64,000 nt of DNA from an uncultured Spirochaetota bacterium (GTDB lineage: Bacteria > Spirochaetota > Brevinematia > Brevinematales > JAOACQ01): the NCBI GenBank assembly GCA_963768055.1, contig CAVYGN010000001.1, forward strand, positions 1,736,867 to 1,800,866, read 5' to 3'. How positions within the stretch are numbered: position 1 is the first letter of the stretch; every line of letters begins with the position of its first letter. The position numbers and the translations under genes are program-made. Below the pieces are notes generated by a model. That model saw nothing but the letters and a program-made list of their open reading frames with translations, searched no databases and was not told where the DNA came from. Shown here piece by piece: positions 48,769-58,487 of the stretch.

Positions 48769-49641
48769 ATGAAAACAGGTTTTCCAGGGTCTGTATTTCC
48801 GAACCTGCTAACGCTTTTCATCCCTTTTATGTTATTCGCTGCAGGTATAGGCTTTACAATACTGCAGTCTTTCTGCATTGCCGGTTTTTCCTACCATTAC
48901 CCTTCGCCCCTGTTCGCTTATGATACATTATTCAAGGGGGGATGGTTTATTAATTCATGGCTCTTTTCACTTTACACGGCTTTTGTTTCGGCTGCGGGGG
49001 CAACGGTTATCGGTTCATTGATATCATGGTGGATATGGAACCTTCCGTTCGAAATACGGCGATTCGCTATTTCTCAGAGGATCTTCCTGATCCTTCCCCA
49101 TGTAGCCGTTGCATACATTATTATAATTTTATTAGGTAAAACCGGCATAATATCCTCGGTCCTGTACCACATCGGTTTAACCAGCAGCCCGGGAGATTTC
49201 CCTTCCCTTGTTTTTACGGGCAACGGGATCGATATAATCTCCGGGTATATTCTTAAGGAGGTGCCTTTCGTCATGGTCCTGGTTTTCGGGATATTGTCGA
49301 AACTGGATCCCAGGCTGGTGGAAACAGCCGGGATGCTGGGCGCCGGGAAATTTACTATATTTTTCAGGATTGTCGTTCCATTCATAATGCCGGTGCTTAA
49401 CACATCGTTCATTATACTCTTTATTTATAGTTTCGGGGCTTTTGACCTTCCGTATGTCCTGGGGGACAGCTATCCCGGAATGCTGTCGCTTCGGGTTTAC
49501 GAGTATTATTTTCAGAGGGACCTTTATTACAGGCCGGTCGCGATGGCCGTTCTCTCTCTCATTTTTATATTTTCGATATTCTTCGTGTTCTTATATAGCC
49601 GCCTTGTAGGAAAGTTGAGTAACGATGTGAGGAAGATATGA
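48769..49641 (+). CDS. ABC permease (YnjC N-half-like)
   Basis: LPHVAVA, KEVPF and the EAA loop ETAGMLGA. Confidence 0.88.
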   Translation: MKTGFPGSVFPNLLTLFIPFMLFAAGIGFTILQSFCIAGFSYHYPSPLFAYDTLFKGGWFINSWLFSLYTAFVSAAGATVIGSLISWWIWNLPFEIRRFAISQRIFLILPHVAVAYIIIILLGKTGIISSVLYHIGLTSSPGDFPSLVFTGNGIDIISGYILKEVPFVMVLVFGILSKLDPRLVETAGMLGAGKFTIFFRIVVPFIMPVLNTSFIILFIYSFGAFDLPYVLGDSYPGMLSLRVYEYYFQRDLYYRPVAMAVLSLIFIFSIFFVFLYSRLVGKLSNDVRKI

Positions 49642-50426
49642 GAAGACACCGGCTTTCCCTCCTTATATACAACCTTATATTCATACTTCCCGCAGTCGTC
49701 CTTTTATTTTACGCCCTGTCTTCGATGTGGAAATACCCTGATATCATCCCCCGCAAATTCGATTTACATGGTGCTGCATTTGCCGTCAGGGAAATTAACG
49801 GCATCCTCCGGGGCCTCTCTTTCTCTTTTTTGTATTCGATATGCTCGGCGGCGGTCGCCTTTTTAATGACGTTCCTTCCAGCCTCCATGTTTGCGGGAAG
49901 GAATTTCCCCTTCCGCGGCTTTCTCGAAGGACTTTTTCTTGCCCCGGCTCTTATCCCGGCGATGGCTTTTGCGTCAGGCGCACATTTTATTTTTATTAAA
50001 ATCGGTCTTTCCGACACCTTTCCCGGGGTGGTTTTCATCCTCTCCCTGGTCAGCTATCCATATATGCTGAGGGCCCTGACGGCAGGTTTCCAGGCTTTCG
50101 GGCCGGAATACGCCCAATGCGCCCGGAATCTCGGATCAGGAAAATTAAGGACCCTGTTCCTGGTTGAAATACCCCTCCTGGTCCCGGCGGTAATTTCCGG
50201 AGGATCTGTTGTTTTTCTCGTGGCTTTTTCCGAATATTTTCTTGTCTTTCTTATAGGAGGCGGGAGCGTGCCGTCATACACAGGATATTTAATTCCATTC
50301 CTCAATTCCTCGGACAGGAGCGCCGCTTCGACATTGACATTGATTTTTTTAATAATACCGGTATTATTATTTGCGCTAACCGACGGAGTTATATTGAGGA
50401 TCTACAGGAAAAAGGGTATAGTTTGA
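49638..50426 (+). CDS. ABC permease (YnjC C-half-like)
   Basis: W-x-YP-x-x-x-P, PYMLR, ARNLG and FSEY...IGGG motifs. ATGA-coupled to the upstream gene. Confidence 0.88.
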   Translation: MRRHRLSLLIYNLIFILPAVVLLFYALSSMWKYPDIIPRKFDLHGAAFAVREINGILRGLSFSFLYSICSAAVAFLMTFLPASMFAGRNFPFRGFLEGLFLAPALIPAMAFASGAHFIFIKIGLSDTFPGVVFILSLVSYPYMLRALTAGFQAFGPEYAQCARNLGSGKLRTLFLVEIPLLVPAVISGGSVVFLVAFSEYFLVFLIGGGSVPSYTGYLIPFLNSSDRSAASTLTLIFLIIPVLLFALTDGVILRIYRKKGIV

Positions 50427-50596
50427 CGGATTATAAGCAGTCAAAATTATCCTGCTTATTAAAAAAGCGAACTTTTTTGTAATATTCTGTCTTGCTTATT
50501 ATAATTCATATCAAATTATTCGGCGATTTGAATGGCCCTTAACAGCATTATAAGGTTCAAAACATCACATTAAACTTTTTACAGAGGAGATTGTTT

Positions 50597-51442
50597 ATGA
50601 AAAAAATCATGTTTGTTTTCTTATTTTGCTCCCTTTTATTTTCCATCTATTCCTGCATGGGCAACCGGTCTGTCAATTCGCCGATGAAAGCCGGTAAATT
50701 TCAGATCCGGGATAAAGAAATGAGCACTTATGCTGTATATAGGAATGGAGAAGAGACCAGCCTGGTCACCTTCGTGATCAAAACCAACGAAGACCCTGTA
50801 TGGGGAAAGACCGCTACAATGTATGAGTTTATCCAGATGATAACAAATATGAGAAAAATGCCAGACAATTACACGAATTTTGACGGTTACCATACCGTTT
50901 CCCTTGACAGGGCGTCCCTTGTGGAGGAGACAAGGAACTGGGAATTCGCGAAGGATGTGATAAAAGGCTACCCCTATTACCAGCATTATCAAATGAATAT
51001 CAAGGATGAAACATACGAATACACGGCAAGAACATGGTCGGGCGCCGAAACCCGGGAGAGCCATTCACGGATCAGGCTTAATAACAAGATGCAGTACCCC
51101 ATTTGGACCACGCAAAGCCTCGTGATGATAGGCATGCGCTTCCTCGATATAAAAAGCCCCGGCATAGTTTATCTGGTCGAACCCTGGATGCTCAAGGAAC
51201 CTATGCCCATAAGGGTTAAATACCTCGGCACGGAAGTGATCGAAACAAAGGCCGGCAGGTTTAAAACAATAAAAGAGACCATGGATATCGCCGACGTCTT
51301 CATCGGCAGGCTGCTGGAATCTTACACGAAAAATATGATCGCCTGGGTGGACGAGTCGTCGGGCAGGATGATCAAGCTTAAAGGTCCCGACGAGGACGAT
51401 TACCTGGAAAGCATTTCCGTTTTCACAAATCAGGCAAAATAA
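50597..51442 (+). CDS. Hypothetical lipoprotein (DUF3108-like C-terminus)
   Basis: Lipobox IYSC; GTEVIETKAGRFKT...IAWVD. Confidence 0.7.
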   Translation: MKKIMFVFLFCSLLFSIYSCMGNRSVNSPMKAGKFQIRDKEMSTYAVYRNGEETSLVTFVIKTNEDPVWGKTATMYEFIQMITNMRKMPDNYTNFDGYHTVSLDRASLVEETRNWEFAKDVIKGYPYYQHYQMNIKDETYEYTARTWSGAETRESHSRIRLNNKMQYPIWTTQSLVMIGMRFLDIKSPGIVYLVEPWMLKEPMPIRVKYLGTEVIETKAGRFKTIKETMDIADVFIGRLLESYTKNMIAWVDESSGRMIKLKGPDEDDYLESISVFTNQAK

Positions 51443-51600
51443 AAAAATAGGTTGTTTCCGCTCGATAGTCCGGGCGTAAATATTCAATTCTTTTTTTTAA
51501 GATTTAATATCGGGTCAAAAACTGTTTTGACATTATGTTTTGGTCAAAATATAATAGTTATGGGAATAAAAGAGCTTTCGAAAGCGTCAAAAATGATGAG

Positions 51601-52023
51601 TCATAACTTATCTTTATAACCTAATATCTTCTCAAATTTGAGCTGGATATTTCTGAATTCATCTATTTTTTTACTAAATTCAGCCTTTTTGTCATCGGCA
51701 AGGTCTTTCAAGTATTCGTAATAAAACATTTCAACATCGGAATATTTTCTGGCATAACATTCTGAAAGTATTTCCGAATAGATATTCATTTCTTCACTAT
51801 TAAAAATATTTTTCCCGTCTTTATCGATACTGTTGGTAAAAATATGGCCGTGAAATAATATATTCAATTCAGGTTTAGTTAAATTGGTAAGCGTAAGATG
51901 CTGTTCGTGTATTTTTGTGATGATCTTATACAGATTAGCCGAAGTTTCTGGGTTCAGATATTTCATGTTGTCAAAGTTTATTTGCCTCCTGTCTGTTTCC
52001 CTGAAAACCGTATCATCATGCAT
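51601..52023 (-). CDS. Hypothetical protein
   Basis: GGAGG RBS before ATG 52023; 140-aa ORF. Confidence 0.6.
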   Translation of the reverse strand: MHDDTVFRETDRRQINFDNMKYLNPETSANLYKIITKIHEQHLTLTNLTKPELNILFHGHIFTNSIDKDGKNIFNSEEMNIYSEILSECYARKYSDVEMFYYEYLKDLADDKKAEFSKKIDEFRNIQLKFEKILGYKDKL

Positions 52024-52180
52024 AAACAATCCTCCACGGATTCAATTTAAAATGCCTTCCCAAATAAGCTCATTATAGAATATAAATCTTCTGCTTATTT
52101 TAATCAAGAAGTCTGTTAATTAAATTAAATGGGGTCTGTAATGTTGAAAAATGTGAAGGCAAGCATGGAGAGATGAAGTT

Positions 52181-52588
52181 TTACGATATATACATAACTC
52201 TTTTTAAGATTTCCTCTTCATTCTTAAATCCAAATTTTTTATAAAATTCCCGGGCTGTTTGAGTTAATAAAAATAATCTTGTTCCTTTTAACTCATCATC
52301 ATTTAAAATATATTCCATCAGTTTATGACCATATTTTTTATTTTGATATTCAGTTAAAATAAAAACATCACATAAATATGAAAATGTGCAATAATCAGAT
52401 ATCACTCTTGTGAACCCGATAAACTCGCCATTTAAAAGAAGGCTATAACACAAAGAATTTTCTATTGATTTTAATATTATTTCCTGGCTTCTGTTTTTCG
52501 CCCAGTATGATTCTTTTTGTAAATAATTTATCACTTTGCCGATATCAATTTTATTTTTATCTTTGCTGATTACCAAATTATCATTCAT
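52181..52588 (-). CDS. GNAT-family N-acetyltransferase
   Basis: SYWA-x-x-R, IGFTRVISD, YLCDVFI and FYKKFGF motifs. Confidence 0.92.
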   Translation of the reverse strand: MNDNLVISKDKNKIDIGKVINYLQKESYWAKNRSQEIILKSIENSLCYSLLLNGEFIGFTRVISDYCTFSYLCDVFILTEYQNKKYGHKLMEYILNDDELKGTRLFLLTQTAREFYKKFGFKNEEEILKRVMYIS

Positions 52589-52665
52589 AAGCGACCTCTT
52601 TATACTGATTTATTTATGGACCATTTATCTTCCCTCACAGCAGGCAAAGCAGAGGGGCGGAAGAG

Positions 52666-53394
52666 CTATTTGCTATTTTCCAATTCTCTTGCTACTTCTA
52701 CTATAGAATTAATTATTTTATCAGGCACTATTTTTGAGCCTTTAGGCAAGCCTGATCTTCTAAAATCATTCCATATTGAAAATATTCCCACTTTTTGAGG
52801 TGCTTCGACATCCCATTTCAAATTATCTCCTATCATCCAAACTTCACTGGCATTCAACTTTAATTTGTTCAATGCGATAAAAAAAATTTTTGTATCTGGC
52901 TTTCCAATGCCTATCTCTTCCTCAATTAAACAAAATTCAAAATATTTCGATAGCTTAAATCTATCAATTTTTGCTCTTTGCTTTATTGATGATCCGTTTG
53001 TTATCAAAGCCATTCTAATTCCCTTTTCCAAAAATTTTTCTAATGATTCTATTGTATCAGGAAATAAAGAAATTGAATCCTCTTGCAAATTACTATAATT
53101 ATCTGCCATATCATTTGATATCTTTTCTTCATAATAATTCAATTCATTTAATGCCTTTTTCACAATATCCCGTCTTGCTTTTGTCATATTCATTCTTCCT
53201 TCTTTATGCCTTTCCGGATCATCCCAATACCATTTTCTTGTTTTATTTATTGTTTCTAATAATAGATCTGAACTAAAATTAGGTTTTTCAGTATTCACAA
53301 AAACATTACACATTTCTTTCCAGGCATAATCTGATGCTAAATCAAAGGAAATAATAGTGTCGTCTAAATCAAATAATATAGCTTCCGGTTTCAT
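52666..53394 (-). CDS. HAD-family hydrolase
   Basis: FDLDDT, ITNG, GKPD and IGDNLKWDV motifs. Confidence 0.92.
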   Translation of the reverse strand: MKPEAILFDLDDTIISFDLASDYAWKEMCNVFVNTEKPNFSSDLLLETINKTRKWYWDDPERHKEGRMNMTKARRDIVKKALNELNYYEEKISNDMADNYSNLQEDSISLFPDTIESLEKFLEKGIRMALITNGSSIKQRAKIDRFKLSKYFEFCLIEEEIGIGKPDTKIFFIALNKLKLNASEVWMIGDNLKWDVEAPQKVGIFSIWNDFRRSGLPKGSKIVPDKIINSIVEVARELENSK

Positions 53395-53430
53395 TGATTA
53401 AATTATCCTTATCTTTTTATTTTTTCCAGG

Positions 53431-53490
53431 GTATAACGCAAATGTGCAGAATGCCGAGGAGCGCCAGGAGCACGCATACTACAGTTGTAC
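53431..53490 (-). repeat. Solo attC-like palindromic element (60 bp)
   Basis: Minus strand GTACAAC...GTTATAC with complementary ends and an inner 8/10 inverted repeat, lying between the MarR stop and the HAD start. Confidence 0.45.
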
Positions 53491-53534
53491 GAAGGCAGAT
53501 GCGATGAATTATTTAACTCCTCTGATTTATAGTA

Positions 53535-54005
53535 TTATTTCTCGTTCTTCTCCTTGAGTTCCAATGTCACCTGATGAGAGGTTTTTACAGTCATTGTTAT
53601 ATATTTGAGTATTATGGCAAGTTCCTCATCGGTAAAGGTTGCAAACACCTTTTTCATCTTTTTAGACAAGCGGGAGATTATCACTCTGAATTTCTTCTCA
53701 GCTTCATTATCTTGTATTAATTCAACAATAGTTACACGTCTATCTTCAGGATCGGGTATTCTCTTTGCAAATCCAGCTCTCTCGAGCCTATCAATCACTC
53801 CGGTAATGGCACCGGTTGTTAGACCTGAAAGTTCGGCAAGTTTGCCCGCAGTCATCGGACCGAAACGGGAAATTAAATTCACACATTTTTGATCGGTGAT
53901 GTTGAGACCTAGACTATCGGCAATAGCTTGATGAAGAAAGATTGCCTCAGTACTTGTGTTCGACATAGCCCTCTCAAGGTCTTGAATGAGTTGCTTTCTT
54001 TCCAT
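53535..54005 (-). CDS. MarR-family transcriptional regulator
   Basis: LGLNITD, MTAGKLAELSGLTTGAITGVIDRLERAG and DPEDRR motifs. Confidence 0.95.
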   Translation of the reverse strand: MERKQLIQDLERAMSNTSTEAIFLHQAIADSLGLNITDQKCVNLISRFGPMTAGKLAELSGLTTGAITGVIDRLERAGFAKRIPDPEDRRVTIVELIQDNEAEKKFRVIISRLSKKMKKVFATFTDEELAIILKYITMTVKTSHQVTLELKEKNEK

Positions 54006-54121
54006 TATACGGAACCCCTGAAAATTTTAGCCGCCATTAAAGACAATAGTATAATATTAAAAGGCGGCAAACTCAAGATCTCACCAGCCGGTAAATAATA
54101 AAAAAATATCCGGAACAAGTC

Positions 54122-54201
54122 TTGACTTTCATAAAATAAAATTTTATATTCATCTTAGCATATATATATCTTAGTAACTAAATATATTAGTATATAAGAT
54201 A
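54122..54201 (+). promoter_or_regulatory. Sigma70 promoter plus palindromic operator, divergent from marR
   Basis: TTGACT-17-TATATT (54122-54150), then TATCTTA-gta-ACTAA-atata-TTAGT-ata-TAAGATA (54167-54201). Confidence 0.55.
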
Positions 54202-54295
54202 ATATATGTAAAATATTTCAGGGGTTCGATACTCCCCATTTTCACTTTTTATAAATGCACTGTTCAAAGTGACCTGCTTGTGGATCGATCCTTTT

Positions 54296-55630
54296 TTAAA
54301 AATCGTTTGTTTCAACCCCTTGTCCGGCTTTAGTATCGGTTGAACTGTAACTATAAGCGGTCCTTTGAGAAAGGTCTGCCGAGATTGAAAGGCAGGTAAG
54401 TGATAACGGGGGAAATACATATGTTATATTGGTATTATTGAGCAGTTCTTCTTTGAAAATGAAATTAACAGAACAAGGGACTTTTTTATTCCAGTTCACA
54501 CAGAATATACTGCTGTTGCCTATAATATCCTTGTAGGCGTATATACGGATATCGTCTGCGGGTTTTATACACGCTATCATATTTGTGAGGGTATGATTGG
54601 AAAATAAATAGTAAATGTAATAAATTGGCTTAGGTAAATTACCCGCTTTGATGTCCAAAAAACTTAGCCCCCAGGTTTCAGCAATGCAGTATGGCATTAT
54701 TGAGAGAACATTCGGCTGAGAACTTGAAATTCCGAGAAAATCGGCTAACCACAAACCGGCTTCAAAAGTACCCATGGATGCCTCAGAATAAGGTTCACTT
54801 GGGAGATTGCCGGCGGAAATCTGGCATTCACTAATAATGACTGGCTGCCCTTGCCCATAAGTGTAAATAGTATTAGAAAGGGTGTTATATAAATTTGTAA
54901 TAATATCGAATTGATTTGCCGCCATATCATATGTTGCAGCTGAATTGGGCCAGGCGGGATAGTAATGTAGCGATACTGCGTTTACATACTTCCCGCAAAC
55001 TCTCAAAAAGTGCTTTAAGAAATAATGTCCGGGATTATTAAAATCAAATGCGAGATCAGGTCCGGCAATCTTGAGCAAATGATATCTACTTTTCACCGAT
55101 GCGGCGACATTCGTATAGCTGTCAATATATTTATTCCAGTTAGTCAAGTCGGTATCATGAGCAGGAAGATTATAATAATTGAGATTATAGATATCAGGTT
55201 CATTACCAATATCGACCCAGGCGATAGAATAATTTTTGGTATCGATATAATAAGAAAGCAGTTCCATTGCTCTTGAAACCCTCTCCCGAGTGCTATGTTT
55301 ATTTACGAGCGGAACCTGGAACATAGGTTCGGCTCCTATATTCGAGCAATACCGGGCAAAGTTATCGGCAAAATTCGGTATCAGAGGATCAGGATATTCT
55401 TGATCATTACCCGTACCCCCGGCACGAAGAAATTTGATGTTAAGAGGTTTAATGTAAGATTGCGTACCTGCGATGTATCGTTCATAATTATTACCGAAGA
55501 AAAGAGGATTAAGCGAACTGATAATGTGTTGATTGATGGTTACAGACACAGAATTTGTCTCTCCGAATGTAAATTGAACACTTAAAAATAAAGCAAAAGA
55601 AATTAACTGAATTGAATTTTTGATTGGCAT
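54296..55630 (-). CDS. Secreted clan GH-A glycoside hydrolase (GH44/51/79-like)
   Basis: Signal peptide; LRAGG, acid/base IGNEPD, IAGPD, VSLHYYP and nucleophile IISE motifs. Confidence 0.8.
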   Translation of the reverse strand: MPIKNSIQLISFALFLSVQFTFGETNSVSVTINQHIISSLNPLFFGNNYERYIAGTQSYIKPLNIKFLRAGGTGNDQEYPDPLIPNFADNFARYCSNIGAEPMFQVPLVNKHSTRERVSRAMELLSYYIDTKNYSIAWVDIGNEPDIYNLNYYNLPAHDTDLTNWNKYIDSYTNVAASVKSRYHLLKIAGPDLAFDFNNPGHYFLKHFLRVCGKYVNAVSLHYYPAWPNSAATYDMAANQFDIITNLYNTLSNTIYTYGQGQPVIISECQISAGNLPSEPYSEASMGTFEAGLWLADFLGISSSQPNVLSIMPYCIAETWGLSFLDIKAGNLPKPIYYIYYLFSNHTLTNMIACIKPADDIRIYAYKDIIGNSSIFCVNWNKKVPCSVNFIFKEELLNNTNITYVFPPLSLTCLSISADLSQRTAYSYSSTDTKAGQGVETNDF

Positions 55631-55682
55631 AAAGCCTCCTTTTAAAATAACTTCTTTGAAAACAGCAGCCTACCAAATCAAC

Positions 55683-56333
55683 TTATTTCTTATTAGTTTC
55701 AGATATTACTGTTCTTCTAAGATTGAAGTTTACTGTACTCATGACTCTTTCTATATCCAGATTATTTGTATTTTTATAATATTGAGTTTCAACAAACCTG
55801 AAATCATCTATTGCAGCATCTCTTTCTTTAAATAAATCCGGAAGTTTAATATAAAAAGATGCCCTCATGTAACGGATCTTCCACTCATAATTTTTACCTG
55901 CCGCAAGATTAACAGCTTCATCGCAGATTTTTACAGCTTCATTGACTTCGGTCAATTTAACTAGCAAATTCGATTCAGAGGTATCCCTGGCGATAAATCC
56001 ATGTCCCAGTCCGTTATAAATTAAAGCCAGGGAATTATCCGGTTCCTTGTCCAGGAATTTGTCAGTATAATCGAGCAGCTTTTGAACTGAGCCGCCTTCG
56101 TGCGTGCTCGCCGGAGATGCAAGGTTAAAGTAGAGGATTCCTAGAGCCAGATAGGCGAAGTAATCGCTATTATCGGATTTAAGTTTCGCCTCATATTCAG
56201 CGATCAATTGATGAATAGACTCATTACTCCATATGGGCGACATACCAAGAGAATAACATTCTTCGAATGTCGTAGGAAATACATTAATTGCATATAAAAA
56301 TATAAATGCCAGGGTTAAAATAATTTTTTTCAT
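55683..56333 (-). CDS. Secreted TPR-like hypothetical protein
   Basis: Signal peptide, helical repeats, R-x-x-x-YIKLP-x-x-F and an AAGGAG RBS. Confidence 0.65.
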   Translation of the reverse strand: MKKIILTLAFIFLYAINVFPTTFEECYSLGMSPIWSNESIHQLIAEYEAKLKSDNSDYFAYLALGILYFNLASPASTHEGGSVQKLLDYTDKFLDKEPDNSLALIYNGLGHGFIARDTSESNLLVKLTEVNEAVKICDEAVNLAAGKNYEWKIRYMRASFYIKLPDLFKERDAAIDDFRFVETQYYKNTNNLDIERVMSTVNFNLRRTVISETNKK

Positions 56334-57110
56334 AGAAGCTCCTTATAATTTTTTCATATTATACTTTATTATATAAAGTACTTTTGATAATGTCAATAGC
56401 TAAATTCACAGTAAAGGACAATAAGCAGAATTAAAAGGTTTAGAACCGGAAAAATTTGGTTACCTTGTCTGAAATTTCATTATCTAATGCAAGTAAATTG
56501 AATGGCACTATACCAGGAAACTGTATCAATCGGCGGATTCGAAAATTTGATTTGAAATGCTTTGCAGCATATGAAATTAAGTCAATGAGTACAGGGCAGA
56601 ATGTGGAGATGAGGGGATTCAATAGAACTTTCCCTTTTTTCTAATTCCTTCACATACAACCAATTACAAAACTCAGATTTCATTTTGAATGAAAATCACT
56701 GTACACAAATCGTACATAATTTGTACACACTCATTTATTATAATACAGAGAATAGAATTATGCAAGGTGAAATTTTGAATCGACTCCCTATTTAAAAAAT
56801 ACTCTAAAAAGGATAAGAGATCAATCAAGAAAGTTGATAGGTAACTCGAAATGCAGTAATATATGATCTTACAATACCAAAAAGAATTAACTATCGGAGG
56901 AGGGGATTCAGAAAAATCTCGCCCTTCCACTAATTCTTTATTCCACAAACAGTTATAAATTATGAAATTTACGATTTGACTAAAAAACCATAATCAATTC
57001 GTAATCAAATCGTAATCGCATAAATATCTTAATACAATATATAGGATTATGCAATAAATATTTTAACTTTTACCTTACTTTTCATGAAGACAAAGAATTT
57101 CGTCACCCTA

Positions 57111-57392
57111 CTATTTTTCCCTCTTTATTTTCCATATGAAATATTCGGCAAAAGGAACGGATCCTGCCAGACCAAACATCAGAGAATTTATCAATCTAAT
57201 ATAGGTATCATCCACCATTAAATTTAATAAGACTGGTATCAGTAAACTAAAAATCGATCCTGAAACCAGGCAGGAAATAAATCCGATCGCTCCGAGCTTT
57301 AAGTTGTTATTATTTTTCCCTGCGACAGCCGGAATTACTCCTATAAGAAGGCTTGCTAAAATTCCGGGCAGATGAATCATCTGAAACTCCAT
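57111..57392 (-). CDS. Small membrane protein
   Basis: 93-aa hydrophobic ORF (LG-x-x-GFISCLVSG). Confidence 0.6.
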   Translation of the reverse strand: MEFQMIHLPGILASLLIGVIPAVAGKNNNNLKLGAIGFISCLVSGSIFSLLIPVLLNLMVDDTYIRLINSLMFGLAGSVPFAEYFIWKIKREK

Positions 57393-57492
57393 TTTTTAAT
57401 GCTTGATTTAACAGCTTTCCCCTGCCCTGTATTAGCTTTTGCCGGCACGGCAAATAGCAGGACAAGGAAATTCAGCCGTTTTGTTATTAATT

Positions 57493-58458
57493 TTATCTGT
57501 ATCTCGCCCTCTCGTCAAGAGGGACAAGAAGAATTACAATTCTCCTGTTCTGAGCCTTATTTTCAGCCGAATCATTGGGAACTATCGGATTATACTCCCC
57601 ATATCCAGTTGCTTTCAACTGAGAAGGATCGACACCCCGCAACTGAAGGTAACGTACTATAGTAGTCGCCCTGGCTGTGGAAAGTTCCCAATTTGAAGGG
57701 AATTTCCATAGATATCCCGGGGCTATAGGGTCATTATCCGTATAACCCTCGATCCTGACCTGTTTATTTGTATAATTTTTTAAAACCTTGGCAATCTTAT
57801 CAAGCGTCACCTTTCCGCTGTTCCTGATATCGGCACTTCCCGAATCGAAGAAAATCTTATCCTGAAAATCCACACTCAGTACATCTCCGATCTGCTTGAT
57901 CTTCAGTTCGCCCGAAGCTAATTCGGCCTGCATTGCCGATTCCAGTTTATTATGTGTAGCTGTAATATTCGATATCTCAAGGTTTTTTTCCTGCAAAAGC
58001 TTTGCTTGACTTTCTGAAAGTGAATTGATTGTTTTCTGCAGATCACCTATCTGGCTGTCCCTGTTGGTTATTTCATCCTGGAGATTGGCGATCTTCAAAT
58101 CCCTATCCTTTATCGAAGCTTCCAGATCCTCCACCTGCTTGCCAAGTGAATTTTTTGTCGAGTCGCCAAGGTTCTTCAAATTGACATTATCGTTCGAGTA
58201 TTTAGACAGCAAATTTTGCAGCCTGTCCCTGGTATCCTGCAGGGCGGCGATATCTTTCTTCTTCTGATTCTGATCGTTCAGCAAAGATTGGTTTTCAGCG
58301 GCCAGATTCGCCTTGTCAGTTTTCAGGGTCTGGTTTTCAGCCGTTAAATCAGCGTTATCTGACTTAAGCTTGTTGAACTCTTCCGGCTTTATAGTCGAAC
58401 AGCTTCCAAATATTACAAGTAAATAAGCAAACAATGCGATAATAATCATCCGCTTCAT
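57493..58458 (-). CDS. OmpA/MotB-family lipoprotein with long coiled coil
   Basis: Lipobox FGSC; FFDSGSA, IEGYTDNDPI, SNWELSTARA and NRRI motifs. Confidence 0.9.
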   Translation of the reverse strand: MKRMIIIALFAYLLVIFGSCSTIKPEEFNKLKSDNADLTAENQTLKTDKANLAAENQSLLNDQNQKKKDIAALQDTRDRLQNLLSKYSNDNVNLKNLGDSTKNSLGKQVEDLEASIKDRDLKIANLQDEITNRDSQIGDLQKTINSLSESQAKLLQEKNLEISNITATHNKLESAMQAELASGELKIKQIGDVLSVDFQDKIFFDSGSADIRNSGKVTLDKIAKVLKNYTNKQVRIEGYTDNDPIAPGYLWKFPSNWELSTARATTIVRYLQLRGVDPSQLKATGYGEYNPIVPNDSAENKAQNRRIVILLVPLDERARYR

Positions 58459-58487
58459 AAATGCCTCCTTTTTTTACAATAAATACA

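Noticed and set aside
54221..54245. tRNA or tmRNA gene
   Set aside because: Only a T-arm-like fragment is present, with no D or anticodon arms and no CCA. It is kept only as a possible scar.
56440..56948. Short ORFs in the AT-rich spacer
   Set aside because: No RBS or recognisable motifs; probably chance ORFs.
57493..58458. Flagellar stator motB
   Set aside because: It has a lipoprotein signal and coiled coil rather than the MotB TM helix with its conserved Asp, and there is no motA.
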